Both the position numbers and the translations under genes were made by a program. Shown here piece by piece: positions 41,501-54,200 of a stretch of DNA of 64,000 nucleotides. Under the pieces are notes generated by a model that worked only from the letters and a program-made list of their open reading frames with translations, was not told the DNA's origin and did not search any database. Numbering within the stretch: position 1 is the first letter of the stretch; each line of letters begins with the position of its first letter. Source of the stretch: Paecilomyces variotii (Eukaryota); the NCBI GenBank assembly GCA_004022145.1, contig RCNU01000007.1; one strand, written 5' to 3'.

Positions 41501-43974
41501 GTAACTTTTATTATTAGTTTATTTATAACTTTTCTAAAATAATTGCACTACTTATAAGCTTAACCTAGAAGAGAATTCCCTTTAATTAGATACTCGCCTA
41601 TTAGTTTAGTTTTAAAGCTTTAAAAAATATATTTATTTAAGCCCTAATCTTAAAGCTATTTAATTAAACCCGCGAGGTTATAATTAAAACTAACTTATTT
41701 AATTATATATTAGCTAGAGTTATATCCCAGTATAATAATAAAGGAATCCTGCATTTTATTATATTTTTCTTAAAGAAGCTCTTTGCTATAAAGTGTAATT
41801 ATAAGATTTATAATAAAGAACTGCTAATAATTATCCGCTGCTTTAAAGAATAGCGCCTTAAGCTTAAAGGCATATTATTACTAATTAAAGTTATTACAAA
41901 CTATTATAATCTAGAATATTTTATATTAATTAAGCTGCTAAACTAGTAATAGGCCTATTAATTTAAATTCTTATCTTAATTTAACTTCTAAATTATATAT
42001 TAACTTAAAAAATAAGAAGTAAAGCCTAATATTTTAACTAGGAGGTTAAAAGATCTCTTTAAGAAGAGAGATAAATAGCTATAATATTAGAGCCAGATAG
42101 TCTTAAAAAAGAAGAACCTTAACCTATAGATTTAGAGATCTCTAAAATTAGAAGCTATTATTAGGAGTTAAATAGTAAAATATATTCGCTTTACTAATTT
42201 AATAGCTTAAGAGATTAGAAATCTTATTAAATCTATAGAAATATCTACTTAATCTGCTTTAAAAAGTTAACTTATTTAGCTTAAAGAACTTATTTAATCT
42301 ACCCTACCGCCTAATTAGTCTGTTAAAATTATTTAACCTGCTAAAGAGATAATTTAATCTATTAAAGAGACTATTTAGCCTATTAAAAAAATAGCTTAGC
42401 TTATTAAATAAGACTAATTAAGTTCCCCCGCTATACCTAATAAATTAAAATATTTACCTAATATTAAAGATCTACTAGATATAGCTTATCTATTTAATAA
42501 CTTAATATAATCTATCCTGTAAGCCTTAGATTATAAAGCTAACTATTACTCTAAGATTATATTAGCTAACTATTAATAAAGAGAAAAATATTTATATTAT
42601 AGAGATTATCTATATATTCCTAATTATAATAAGCTAAGAGCTTGCCTATTATAAGAATACTATAATAAATATATACTTAAATACCCTAGAAAATATAAGC
42701 TTTATAACCTAATCTTATAAGAGTACTATTAGCTAAATATATACTAATATATAAATTGTTAGACCTAGAATTGCTATACCTACTATTATATTATACCTTT
42801 AAATAAAGGCTATTAAAAAGTTTTATATTAGCTTCCTATCCCTAAATGCTTTTAGTAAGATATTTTAATAGATTTTATTACTAGACTTATGCCTTATTAA
42901 GGTTATAATGCTATATTAGTTACTATAGACTAATTTATAAAGATAAGGTATTTTATTCCCTATTAGGCTATCTATAATATTAAAAGAATAGCGCGATTAT
43001 ATATTTACTATATATAGAAGCTTTATAGGCTATTAAAGACTATAATATTTAACTAAGGCCTCTAGTTTATTATTACTTTTTAGAAATACCTAATTTAATA
43101 TTTAAATATTATAAACCTGCTATTTATTGCCTATTATCCTAAGACTAATAGTTAGATTAAAAGGATAAATACTATCCTAAAATAATACCTGCGCGCCTAT
43201 ATTAATTATTTATAAGATAATTAAATTAACTAGCTATCTCTAGCTAAGTTTATATTAAACTCTTACTATTCTAAGATTATTAAAATATTGCTCTTTTTTA
43301 CTAATTATAGATTTTATCTATATATAGGATTTAAGCTTATTTAGCCTATAAACTAGCCCGCTATTAAAAATACTAAAGCCTTTATTAAAAAAATATAAGA
43401 TATTATAGATTATATCTATACCTAGATCTATACTGCTTAAGCCTATTATAAAAAGCAGACTAATTACTGCTAAACCCTAGCTTATTATTATTATATAAGA
43501 TAGTCTATCTAGTTAAATATTTAAAATATCTATACCTAGCGCTTCTAGAAAAAACTTAACTAGAAGAATCTTAGCTTATTCTATATTATTAAGGTTATTA
43601 GCCTATATACCTACTAGCTTAACCTACCTGCCTTAATATATATCTATCCTATATTTAATATTAGCCTGCTTCGCCCTATTATTAAAGACCCTATACTTAG
43701 ATAAAGATAACCTTTACTACCGCCTATTAAAGTTAATAGCTTTAAGAAATAAATTATTAAAGATATCTTAAACTCTTAATAGAAATATTATAGGTATAAA
43801 AGCCTCTAACTATAATATACTGTTAAATAATTAAGTTATAATAATCTAACTAAAGAGCCTATATACTACCTATAGTATACTTAGGAGATTATTACTAACT
43901 TTTATTGCTACTACTTAAATAGGCTAAAGCTAGAGAATAGTCTTAATAGAGCTTAACCCTAAGAAGGGGAGTAT

Positions 43975-44229
43975 TATTATAGTATTAGTATAAGAAATAG
44001 AGATCTACTAGCTAATACTTACATAAGGTATTATATAATCTTGCGAAGATATTTTTAATATATAGCTTAATCTAAATTTAAGCTTTTTAAGCTATATTTT
44101 ATTTACTAAGCCTGCCTGCAATAGCTTATTCTAGTCTAAATTAGCTAGATAGAGATCCTATAGCTAGTCCTAGTATTAACTACCTTATTCTATTTATTTT
44201 AACCCGCTTCCTAAGCCCGCATCTTAATA
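43975..44229 (+). repeat. 3' LTR (255 bp)
   Basis: Direct repeat of 38287-38541, preceded by the polypurine tract. Confidence 0.92.
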
Positions 44230-45387
44230 GAAAGCTCTTATTAATATAGCTCTTTATCTTAATTATAAAAGCACTTTAAGACCTGCAGGTAATTAGCCCC
44301 GGCGCTTTATTAAACTACTTAATTCTCCCTTATTTATTAATAAAAAGGACCCTAAATTTAAAGACTGGCTATTATAGATTAAGAATAAGCTTAAGGTAAA
44401 TACTAATTATTATAGAAGTAAATATCTCTATATTATATATATTTAAAGCTACCTAAATAAAAAAGCTATAATATATATATCTCCTAGATTTTATAAAGAT
44501 TCTAGTTTTTCCTTTTAAATAGCTAATAAGATCTTTAATTATCTTTAAGCTGTTTTTTATAACCTAAACTATTATTAGAATATAAAGCATTATAATAACT
44601 AGACTAAATTAAGTTTTAGATTAATAAATAACTAAGTAATATAAATTTTTAATTACTAAATTTTTAATTAAATAGAAGTTTTAAACTAATATATAGCCTA
44701 AAGGCTCCGGCCCTATATTATCTATTACTAAAATAACTAGTCTAAATATCTTATAATAGTTAACTTTATAGCAGCTATATTAATCTAAGAATCTATAAAT
44801 ATATCTCTAGTAATAGTTAAATGCTAATATAAGTTATAGATTTTCTTTAATTATAGCTTAATATTATAATCTAGCAGTTTACTATTATAAGATTTATTAG
44901 TTAAAAATAATTTAATAGTTAAAAATTTATATAATTTAGTAATTTATTAATCTGAAATTTAGTATCCTATTAAATAAGGCTTAATAAACTTTACTAAAAT
45001 TCTCGCCTAAATATTAACCCTTTATATCTCTACTAAATTAGGTTAGATTTAGATAGAAATTAATTTATTTTATATATCTAATTTAACTCTATAATATATT
45101 AAAAATTTAGCTTAATCTAACTTTATTTTACTAAGATATAAGGGGATAAAGTTTTATTATTAAAAAATCCGAAATAGGAAGCGGTGCTAGCTTATTTTGA
45201 TTTTTCTACTATAGCTTACTAATTGAGGCAAAATTTTTAAACCTTAATAACTTACGCTACAGTGGACTAATCCAAAAAAGGAATATATATTTATAATCCT
45301 TAGAACGAGCTCTATCGATTAGTATATAGAACAATATTAAATTCCTAAAGGGGAAGTTTACTTATATACGTGATTTTACCTTATAGA

Positions 45388-47363
45388 TAAATTTTTAACT
45401 ACTAAATTTCTAATTATTAAATTTTCTATTAATAGTATTATAGCGCTAAATAAGTATTATAATAGCTCTAAGATAAATTAGAGCTATAGGAGAAAATAGT
45501 AGAATAAAACTACTAGTAAAACTATTAATCGCCTATTATATTAAGAAGAGATTAAAAAATAAAGGATTTTAAAGATAAAAGTATTTAGATTTTTACCTTA
45601 AATTTTTTTTCTTTTTTTTCTCTAGCTTAAAGTTCTCTATTATATTACCTTATTAGGTTAGATCTTTAATAAATTTAATTTAATTTACTTAAGTATAATA
45701 TTACTTTAAGCTTATTTTATTTATCTTATTTTATTTCTTAAGCTTTTTATCTAAGTATATTATATTGCTTAAAAAGCCTATCTACCGCTTAATAAAATAC
45801 TAAATCCTTAAATTAAGTTTTTGCTATAGCAAAGCCTATTAATAAATCTAATTATTATTAAGATAACCTTAAAGATAGAGATAAATAGCTTAAATAAGAA
45901 CCTATAAAAGATATTTATTATATCTTATATTACTAGGATAATAGGCTAAAGAATATAATATTAAATAAGTTCTATAAAAAGCTAAAAATAAACCTTATAA
46001 AAATCTAAAGAATTTAATATTCTATTATTAATTTCCTCTAGAATAAAATTTATAAATTAAAGAATATTAAGCACCTAAATAATTATAATATTAAATGTAA
46101 AAATAATAATAATAACCTTACCTGCTAGCTTTACTAGGAAAAATACTATATTAAAGATATTAAATAGCGAGTTATAAAACTTATTTATAATTAAAAAAAA
46201 TATAAAAAGGCTTTTACTAATATAACCCTTTATTTTAATTATAAAAGTATCTTAGAATCTATAGGTAATTAGCCCTAGTACTCTATTAAACTACTTAATC
46301 CTCCCTTATTTATTAATAAAAAGGACCTTAAATTTAAAGACTAGCTATTATAGATTAAGAATAAGCTTAAAATAAATATTAACTATTATAGAAGTAAATA
46401 TCTCTATATTATATATATTTAAAGCTGTCTGGGTAAAAAAGCTATAATATATATATTCCTTAAATTTTATAAAGATTCTAGCCTCCTCTTTTAAACAGCT
46501 AATAAGATCTTTAACTATTTTTAAGCTATTTTTTATAATTTAAATTATTATTAGAATATAAAGCGCTATAATAATTAAATTAGATTAAGTTTTAAATTAA
46601 TAAATAACTAAATAATATAAATTTTTAACTACTAAATTTTTAATTAGATAGAAGTTTTAAACTAATATATAGCCTAAAGGCTTCGGCCCTATATTATCTA
46701 TTATTAAGATAACTAGTTTAAATATTTTATAATAGTTAACTTTATAGTAGCTATATTAATTTAAGAATCTATAGATATATCTTTAGTAATAATTAAATAC
46801 TAATATAAGTTATAGATCTCCTTTAATTATAGCCTAATATTATAATCTAGTAATTTATTATTATAAGATTTATTAGTTAGAAATAATTTAATAATTAAAA
46901 ATTTATATTATTTAGTAATTTATTAATCTGAAATTTAATATCTTATTAAATAAGGCTTAGTAAACCCTACTAAAATTCTCGCCTAAATATTAACCCCCTA
47001 TATCTCTATTAAATTAGGTTAGATTTAGATAAAAATTAATTTATTTTATATATCTAATTTAACTCTATAATATATTAAAAATTTAGCTTAATCTAACTTT
47101 ATTTTACTAAGATATAAAGGGATAAAGTTTTATTATTAAAAAATCCGAAATAAGAAGCGGTATTAGCCTATTTTAATTTTTCTACTATAGCTTATTAATT
47201 AAGGTAAAATCTTTAAACCTTAATAACTTACGCTACAGTGGACCAATCCAAAAAAGGAATATATATTTATAATTCTTAGAACGAGCTTTATCGATTAGTA
47301 TATAGAACAATATTAAATTCCCAAAGGGGAAGTTCACTTATATATATGATTTTGCCTTATAGA
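45388..47363 (-). mobile_element. Large element, copy 4 (terminal ~2.0 kb only)
   Basis: Starts within the last 87-bp repeat unit, then the LTR/gag relic and the terminus ...gccttataga at 47363. Confidence 0.85.
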
Positions 47364-50300
47364 AATAATTAAAAACAATAAGCTCTAATTAGCTTATTTA
47401 AATATTAAATAAGCTCTTAATAAAATACTCTATATCTTACTAATTACTACTATTCTCTTTACTATTATTTATAGCCTCTAATTCTTCTATATATAATATT
47501 ATAATATCTAGAATATTAGAAGAAGAGATTAGAGAAGCAAAAAGAACTGCATAAATAATCTAAGTATATAAACTATAGGTTAGTATAGGAAGAAGCTATA
47601 GAATGCCTATTTATATATTAAGACCTCTAATAGTCTATATTAACCCTCTGTAGGTCCTTAAAACTATTTAGCCTATATTAAAGTCTTAGGTAATTAAACG
47701 GTGCCTTAAATAAGATACTAGAGAGTATTTATACGCAGGAAATAGCTATATAATTTAAATTCTTTATAAACTCTAGATAGGAGAGATTTAATATAGCCTA
47801 GTCTAGTATTATACCCTGGGATTTATATATATTAATAGCATATGCTACTATAATAGGGAACTAAGTCTATTAGTAATTAATATAATTATAAATAAACTCC
47901 TAGTAAGATTAAAGAATAGGGATAATTAAATAGCTATTACTATCTTAATAAAGATATAGCTTCTAATTATTATTAAAGCGGATTAAAAGAGCTAGTAGTA
48001 GATCTTGCTAATAATTATTATCTTAAACCTATATAATATTAAAAAGCATACTAAAGGAGCTATTTACTAACCTTTACTTTACCTAGATATTCTTCTTTAG
48101 TATAATAAAGTTTCAGATTACTTAGTTTTAGATTAATAAATAACTAATTAATATAAATTTCTAATTACTAAATTTCTTATTACTAGATTAAACTAAGTTT
48201 TAAATTAATAAATAATTAACTAATATAAATTTTTAACTACTAAATTTCTAATTATTAAATTTTTAAAGAAAGTAGGAGAAAGCTTATTTAATTAAATCTA
48301 AGAGCTAGGCAAAGCCTATATAGGCTTACTAAATTATATAATTGCTAAGGAGTAAAGTGCTAAAAGAGGTAGCTAAAGAAGGCCTTTAATAATTTCTTAT
48401 TACTAGACTAGACTAAGTTTTAAATTAATAAATAACTAATTAATATAAATTTTTAACTACTAAATTTCTAATTACTAAATTTCTTATTATTAAACTAAAC
48501 TAAGTTTTAGATTAATAAATAACTAACTAATATAAATTTTTAACTACTAAATTTCTAATTATTAAATTTCTTACTATTAGACTAGACTAAGTTTTAAATT
48601 AATAAATAACTAACTAATATAAATTTTCGACTATTAAATTTCTAACTATTAAATTTCTTATTATTAAATTAGACTAAGTTTTAAATTAATAAATAACTAA
48701 CTAATATAAATTTTTAACTACTAAATTTCTAATTATTAAATTTCTTACTATTAAATTAAACTAAGTTTTAAATTAATAAATAACTAATTAATATAAATTT
48801 TCAACTATTAAATTTCTAATTATTAAATTTCTTATTATTAAATTAGACTAAGTTTCAGATTAATAAATAACTAACTAATATAAATTTTCGACTATTAAAT
48901 TTCTAATTACTAAATTTCTTATTACTAGATTAGACTAAGTTTTAGATTAATAAATAACTAACTAATATAAATTTTTAACTACTAAATTTCTTATTACTAG
49001 ACTAGACTAAATTTTAAATTAATAAATAACTAACTAATATAAATTTTCGACTATTAAATTTCCGACTACTAAATTTTTTATTATTAAACTAGACTAAGTT
49101 TTAGATTAATAAATAACTAACTAATATAAATTTTTAACTACTAAATTTCTAACTATTAAATTTCTTATTATTAGACTAGATTAAGTTTTAGATTAATAAA
49201 TAACTGACTAATATAAATTTTTAATTATTAAATTTCCTATTATTAAACTAGACTAAGTTTTAAATTAATAAATAACCGACTAATATAAATTTTTAACTAC
49301 TAAATTTCTAACTACTAAATTTCCTACTAATAATATTATAGCGCTAAATAGATATTATAATAGCTATAAGATAGATTAGAGCTATAGGAGAAAATAGCAG
49401 AATAAAATTACTAATAGAACTATTAACTGCTTATTATATTAAGAAAAGATTAAAAAATAAAGGATTTTAAAGATAAAAGTATTTAAATTTTTACCCTAAA
49501 TTCTTCTTCCTTTTTTTCTCTAGCTTAAAATTCTCTATTATACTGCCTTATTAGGTTAGATCTTTAATAAATTTAATTTAGTTTATTTAAGCGTAATATT
49601 ACTTTAAGCTTATTTTATCTATTTTATTTTATTTCCTAGGCTTCTTATCTAAGTATATTACGCTACTTAAGAAGCTTATCTACTATTTAATAAAATACTA
49701 GACCCCTGAATTAAATCCTTGCTATAGTAAAGCCTATTAATAAATTTAATTACTATTAAAATAACTCTAAAAATAGAGGTAAATAGCCTAAATAAAAACC
49801 TATAAAAGATACTTATTATATCTTATATTACCGGGATAATAGGCTAAAGAATATAATATTAGATAAGTTCTATAAGAAGCTAAAAATAGACCCTATAGAA
49901 ATTTAAAGAATCTAATATTTTATTATTAATTTCCTCTAAAATAAAATTTATAAATTAAAAAATATTAAGCACCTAAATAATTATAATATTAAATATAAAG
50001 ATAATAATAATAATCTTGCCTGCTAGCTTTACTAAGAAAAATATTATACTAAAGATATTAAACAGTAAGTTATAGAACTTATTTATAACTAAAAAAAATA
50101 TAAGAAGGCTTTTATTAATATAGCCCTTTATCTTAATTATAAAAGTATCTTAAGACCTATAGGTAATTAGCCTTAGCGCTTTATTAAACTATTTAACCCT
50201 CCCCTGCTTATTAATAAAAAGGACTTTAAATTTAAAGACTAGCTATTATAGATTAAAAATAAGCTTAAAATAAATACTAACTATTATAGAAGTAAATATC

Positions 50301-51261
50301 TCTATATTATATATATTTAAAGCCGCCTGGGTAAAAAAGCTATAGTATATATATCTTTTAAATTTTATAAAAATTCTAGCCTTCTCTTTTAAATAGCTAA
50401 TAAGATCTTTAATTATCTCTAAGCTATTTTTTATAATTTAAATTATTATTAGAATATAAAGCGCTATAATAACTAGATTAAATTAAGTTTTAGATTAATA
50501 AATAACTAAATAATATAAATTTTTAACTACTAAATTTTTAATTAGATAAAAGTTTTAAATTAATATATAGCCTAAAAGCTCTAGCTTTATATTATCTATT
50601 ACTAAGATAATTAGTCTAAGTATCTTATAATAGTTAACTTTATAGCAGCTATATTAATCTAAGAATCTATAGATATATCTTTAATAACAGTTAAATGCTA
50701 ATATAAGTTATAGATCTTCTTTAATTATAGCCTAATATTATAATCTAATAGTTTACTATTATAAGATTTATTAGTTAAAAATAATTTAATAATTAAAAAT
50801 TTATATTATTTAGTAATTTATTAATCTAAAATTTAATATTCTACTAGATAAGGCTTAGCAAACTTTACTAAAATTCTCGCCTAAATATTAACCCCTTATA
50901 TCTCTACTAAATTAAGTTAGATCCGGATAAAAATTAATTTATTTTATATATTTAATTCGACTCTATAATATATTAAAAATTTAGCTTAATCTAACTTTAT
51001 TTTACTAAGATATAAGAGGATAAAGTTTTATTATTAAAAAATCCGAAATAAGAAGTAGTATTAGCCTATTTTAATTTTTCTACTATAGCTTACTAATCGA
51101 GGCAAAATTTTTAAACCTTAATAACTTACGCTACAGTGGACCAATCTAAAAAAGGAATATATATTTATAATCCTTAGAATAAGCTCTATTAATTAGTATA
51201 TAGAACAATATTAAATTCCTAAAGGGGAAGTTTACTTATATATGTAATTTTACCTTATAGA
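47364..51261 (-). mobile_element. Large element, copy 5 (terminal ~3.9 kb only)
   Basis: Starts at sequence homologous to ~14432 (aataattaaaaacaataagc); includes the 87-bp array and the terminus ...ccttataga at 51261. Confidence 0.85.
48102..49332. repeat. 87-bp tandem array, copy 5 (longest; contains a ~128-bp insertion)
   Basis: Same unit; foreign sequence at 48263-48390. Confidence 0.95.
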
Positions 51262-54200
51262 CTGCCCTATACTCTAGCTTTCCTCTATTATATTATCTCT
51301 CTGCCTATATTTATACTCTACTTTTATATCTAGCTAAGTGTCTCTTATTAGACTTTTTTTCTTCTTAAGTAAGTTAAGCCCCTTATCTGCTGCTATTAGT
51401 ATTAGTATTAATAATAATTATATCTCTCTCTTTATAATTAATTAGCTTAAGTACTAGTGCTATTATTAGGGCTATTTTTAAAATATTTATTATTTCTTAC
51501 TGTTTCAGCCCCTAAAGGAAGTTTTATCTCTTTCTTAATATTAAATATATTAGCTCGGCTTTAATAGTATATTCTTTAATCTATATTTAGTAATAGGCTA
51601 TAATCTCTAGAAATCCTCTCGCTTCTTATAAGTTCTAATAAGATAGTTATTTTAAGATCTTAATTACTTTAGCCGACTTAGGATATCTCCCCTTAATGTT
51701 ATATATATAGCCTATTATTTTAATTCCTAGTACTGTAAATTATAATTTCTCCCTAGTAATTATTAAACCTATAAGTTTAAGGCTATATAGTACCTTGTTA
51801 ATATTCTAGATATATTTAAATATAAACCTTCTAATTCTTAATAGCGTCTCTTTCTTCTTATAATTAGTCTTAGGTCTTTATATTAGTATATTATCTAGAA
51901 ATATATTATAAATATTAAGAATATTATCTGCTAATACTTTTATAACTTCTTATATAAACTCTTATACTATATTTATTTATTCTTAAGATAGTTTAGCTTA
52001 ATAAACTAAACTAATCTCTAATATATAAAAAGCTATTAAGTCCTGTAATTCCTTAGCTAACTTTAATTAATTATACTTAAAGAATAAGTCTATAAATATT
52101 AATACTAGTATTTTATTAAACTTTTTTAAGAATTTATTAGCTAAAGGAGGCAGATTAATATTTTATATTATTACTTAATTAACTTCTATAGCTATATTAA
52201 TTAGCTAATATTTATTATTTTTCTTTTTTACTAAGAACTATAGATTTTAATAGAGTCCTTAACTATATTTAAGAATCTTTATATTTATTCTCTCTTTTAC
52301 TATTTCTTGCGCTATATTATAAAGTATCTTTAATATTAGGAAGCTCTTTGCCTGCTATAATTTATAATTTATAGTCTAAATAATAATTAGAGGTATAACT
52401 TTTAGATATATTTATTTAATCTCTTTAAAGATTTAAATAAGAACTATTTCTTAGGTAAAAAGCATCTCTATTAATAGTTCTTTCTCTTTTAGCTATAAAT
52501 TATTATTTATAATAAGGTTCTTTAAATAGTTTAGCGTTAATCTTATTCTTTTCTTAATATTTAATATTTTTAGCTAGATATATTTAGCAAATCCTCTATA
52601 TATTTTTTTTACGCTTCTTTAGGGGTTTTTATAATAATATTCTCTAATAATTTCTTTTTATCTTAATAATTCCCCTAGAGCTGCTATAGGTCTATTTAAT
52701 ATATTTATTAAATAAACCTTTTTATATTTCTTCTTATACTATATATTAATAAAATATTTTATTTTTATAATAAAAAGGTTATACCTTTTAAATAGTCTAT
52801 ATCCCTATAACTTTTTAACTCCTTTATTTAATTTAGTAGGTTTAAATATCCTTACCCTTTTACTTTTAATTTCCTTACTTACTTTAAAGCTAATATTATT
52901 TATTAAGTATAGCTCTTGCAGGCCTTCTCTATTCTTAGTCTAATACTTATTATTTTTTTCTAGCTCTAGTTTAATAACTCTTATACCCAGGATAATAGAT
53001 TATATAATATCTCTTCTCTTAATTTATTTCTTAGGTTATCTATTAAAAATACCTAAATAATAGCTTAATTCTTTTAGTCTATAGAGTAAATTATGCTTTT
53101 TACTGTCTTATCTAATAGAGTAATATATTATAAATATACTTAATGCTTAAAAGGTTATCCTAGAATATAATTATAGTTAATCTTATTATTTATTATAAAA
53201 AAAGAGATCTTATAGTAAAAAGATTTTACTTATATAGGTATTTCTTTATAGAGACTTATAAAAGAGGTCTGCCTACTATCTGCTAATATTATATTATCTT
53301 TAAATTTCTAGCTTATAATAAGTTTATAGTAATTTATTATATTTCTATATATTATATTAATTTCGGCTCTACTATCTATTATAATATTTTATACTTTCTT
53401 ATAACTATTAATTTTAATTAGTAACTTTAGAGTTATAGCTATATATAGCACTTTATCTTTATTAAGAGGCTTAAGTTATAAGAATATATAAGTGTACTAA
53501 TCTATACTATTTACTATATACTCTATATTTAATATAGAGGTATTAAATTATACTCCTTTAATATTATAGAATATTGCCTTTATTATTACCTACTATAGTT
53601 ATAAAGTAAATAAGGCCTTGTATAAATTAGGAGATAGACTAATAAGGTCCTAAATTAATATTTAAACTTTAGTATCTAGTATCTAGTTTATAACCCCTAT
53701 TATATTAGTAGTCTCTTTTAGCTTATTTATAATTTTAAACTTTTTTAATTTCTATTTCTCTTTTATTTTAATAATCTTTTTATTCTTACTTTATTTAGAC
53801 ATATTTTTTATTTTTTTTTTAACTATCCTTACTTTCTTAATTATGCTTAGAGGCTAATAATTGCTAAATTAATTTATTTTAATTAAAGGAAATCTCTATT
53901 CTTATTTAATTGCTTTTTATAGCTTTTCCTTATATAATTATTTAGTCTTATTTTATCTTTTTTTTATTCCTTAGGGCTTATTTAATTCTATTATATTAAT
54001 AGAGTAGTAATTTTTTATAATATCCTTAGCTTCTTTTTTAAAGCTTAAGTTATTCTTAGGCTGTTCTAGTATAATCGACTGGATATTATATTTAATTAAG
54101 CTAATATTTCTTTACTCTTCTTTTAGTCTTTATTTAATAATCTCCTTTTATAATATATTCTCCTATATAAGATAAATAACTTCTTTATTCTATCCTTTTA

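Larger units (their letters stand above)
38287..44229 (+). mobile_element. Full-length RIP-mutated Ty3/Gypsy chromovirus-type LTR retrotransposon
   Basis: 255-bp LTRs at 38287-38541 and 43975-44229; TSD gaagg/gaaag (38282-38286, 44230-44234); polypurine tract at 43961-43971. De-RIP motifs: RT MPFGL (~41155) and YLDDILIYS (~41245), RNase H NYEIYDKELL (~41797), integrase AYHPETDGQ (~43130), chromodomain ~43745-43920. The empty site is seen in copies 1, 2, 4 and 5. Confidence 0.95.
19697..45387 (-). mobile_element. Large element, copy 3 (~19.7 kb plus a 5.9-kb nested Gypsy)
   Basis: 21145 onward matches copy 1; interrupted at 38287-44229 by an LTR element; terminus ...ccttataga at 45387. 19697-21144 has no second copy in the window and is presumed element sequence. 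Confidence 0.8.

Noticed and set aside
1-51261. 5'-truncated LINE or telomeric (MoTeR-like) retrotransposon array
   Set aside because: The unit is about 20 kb, with no poly(A) or telomeric repeats at junctions and no RT motif recognised. Not fully excluded, because the far end lies outside the window.
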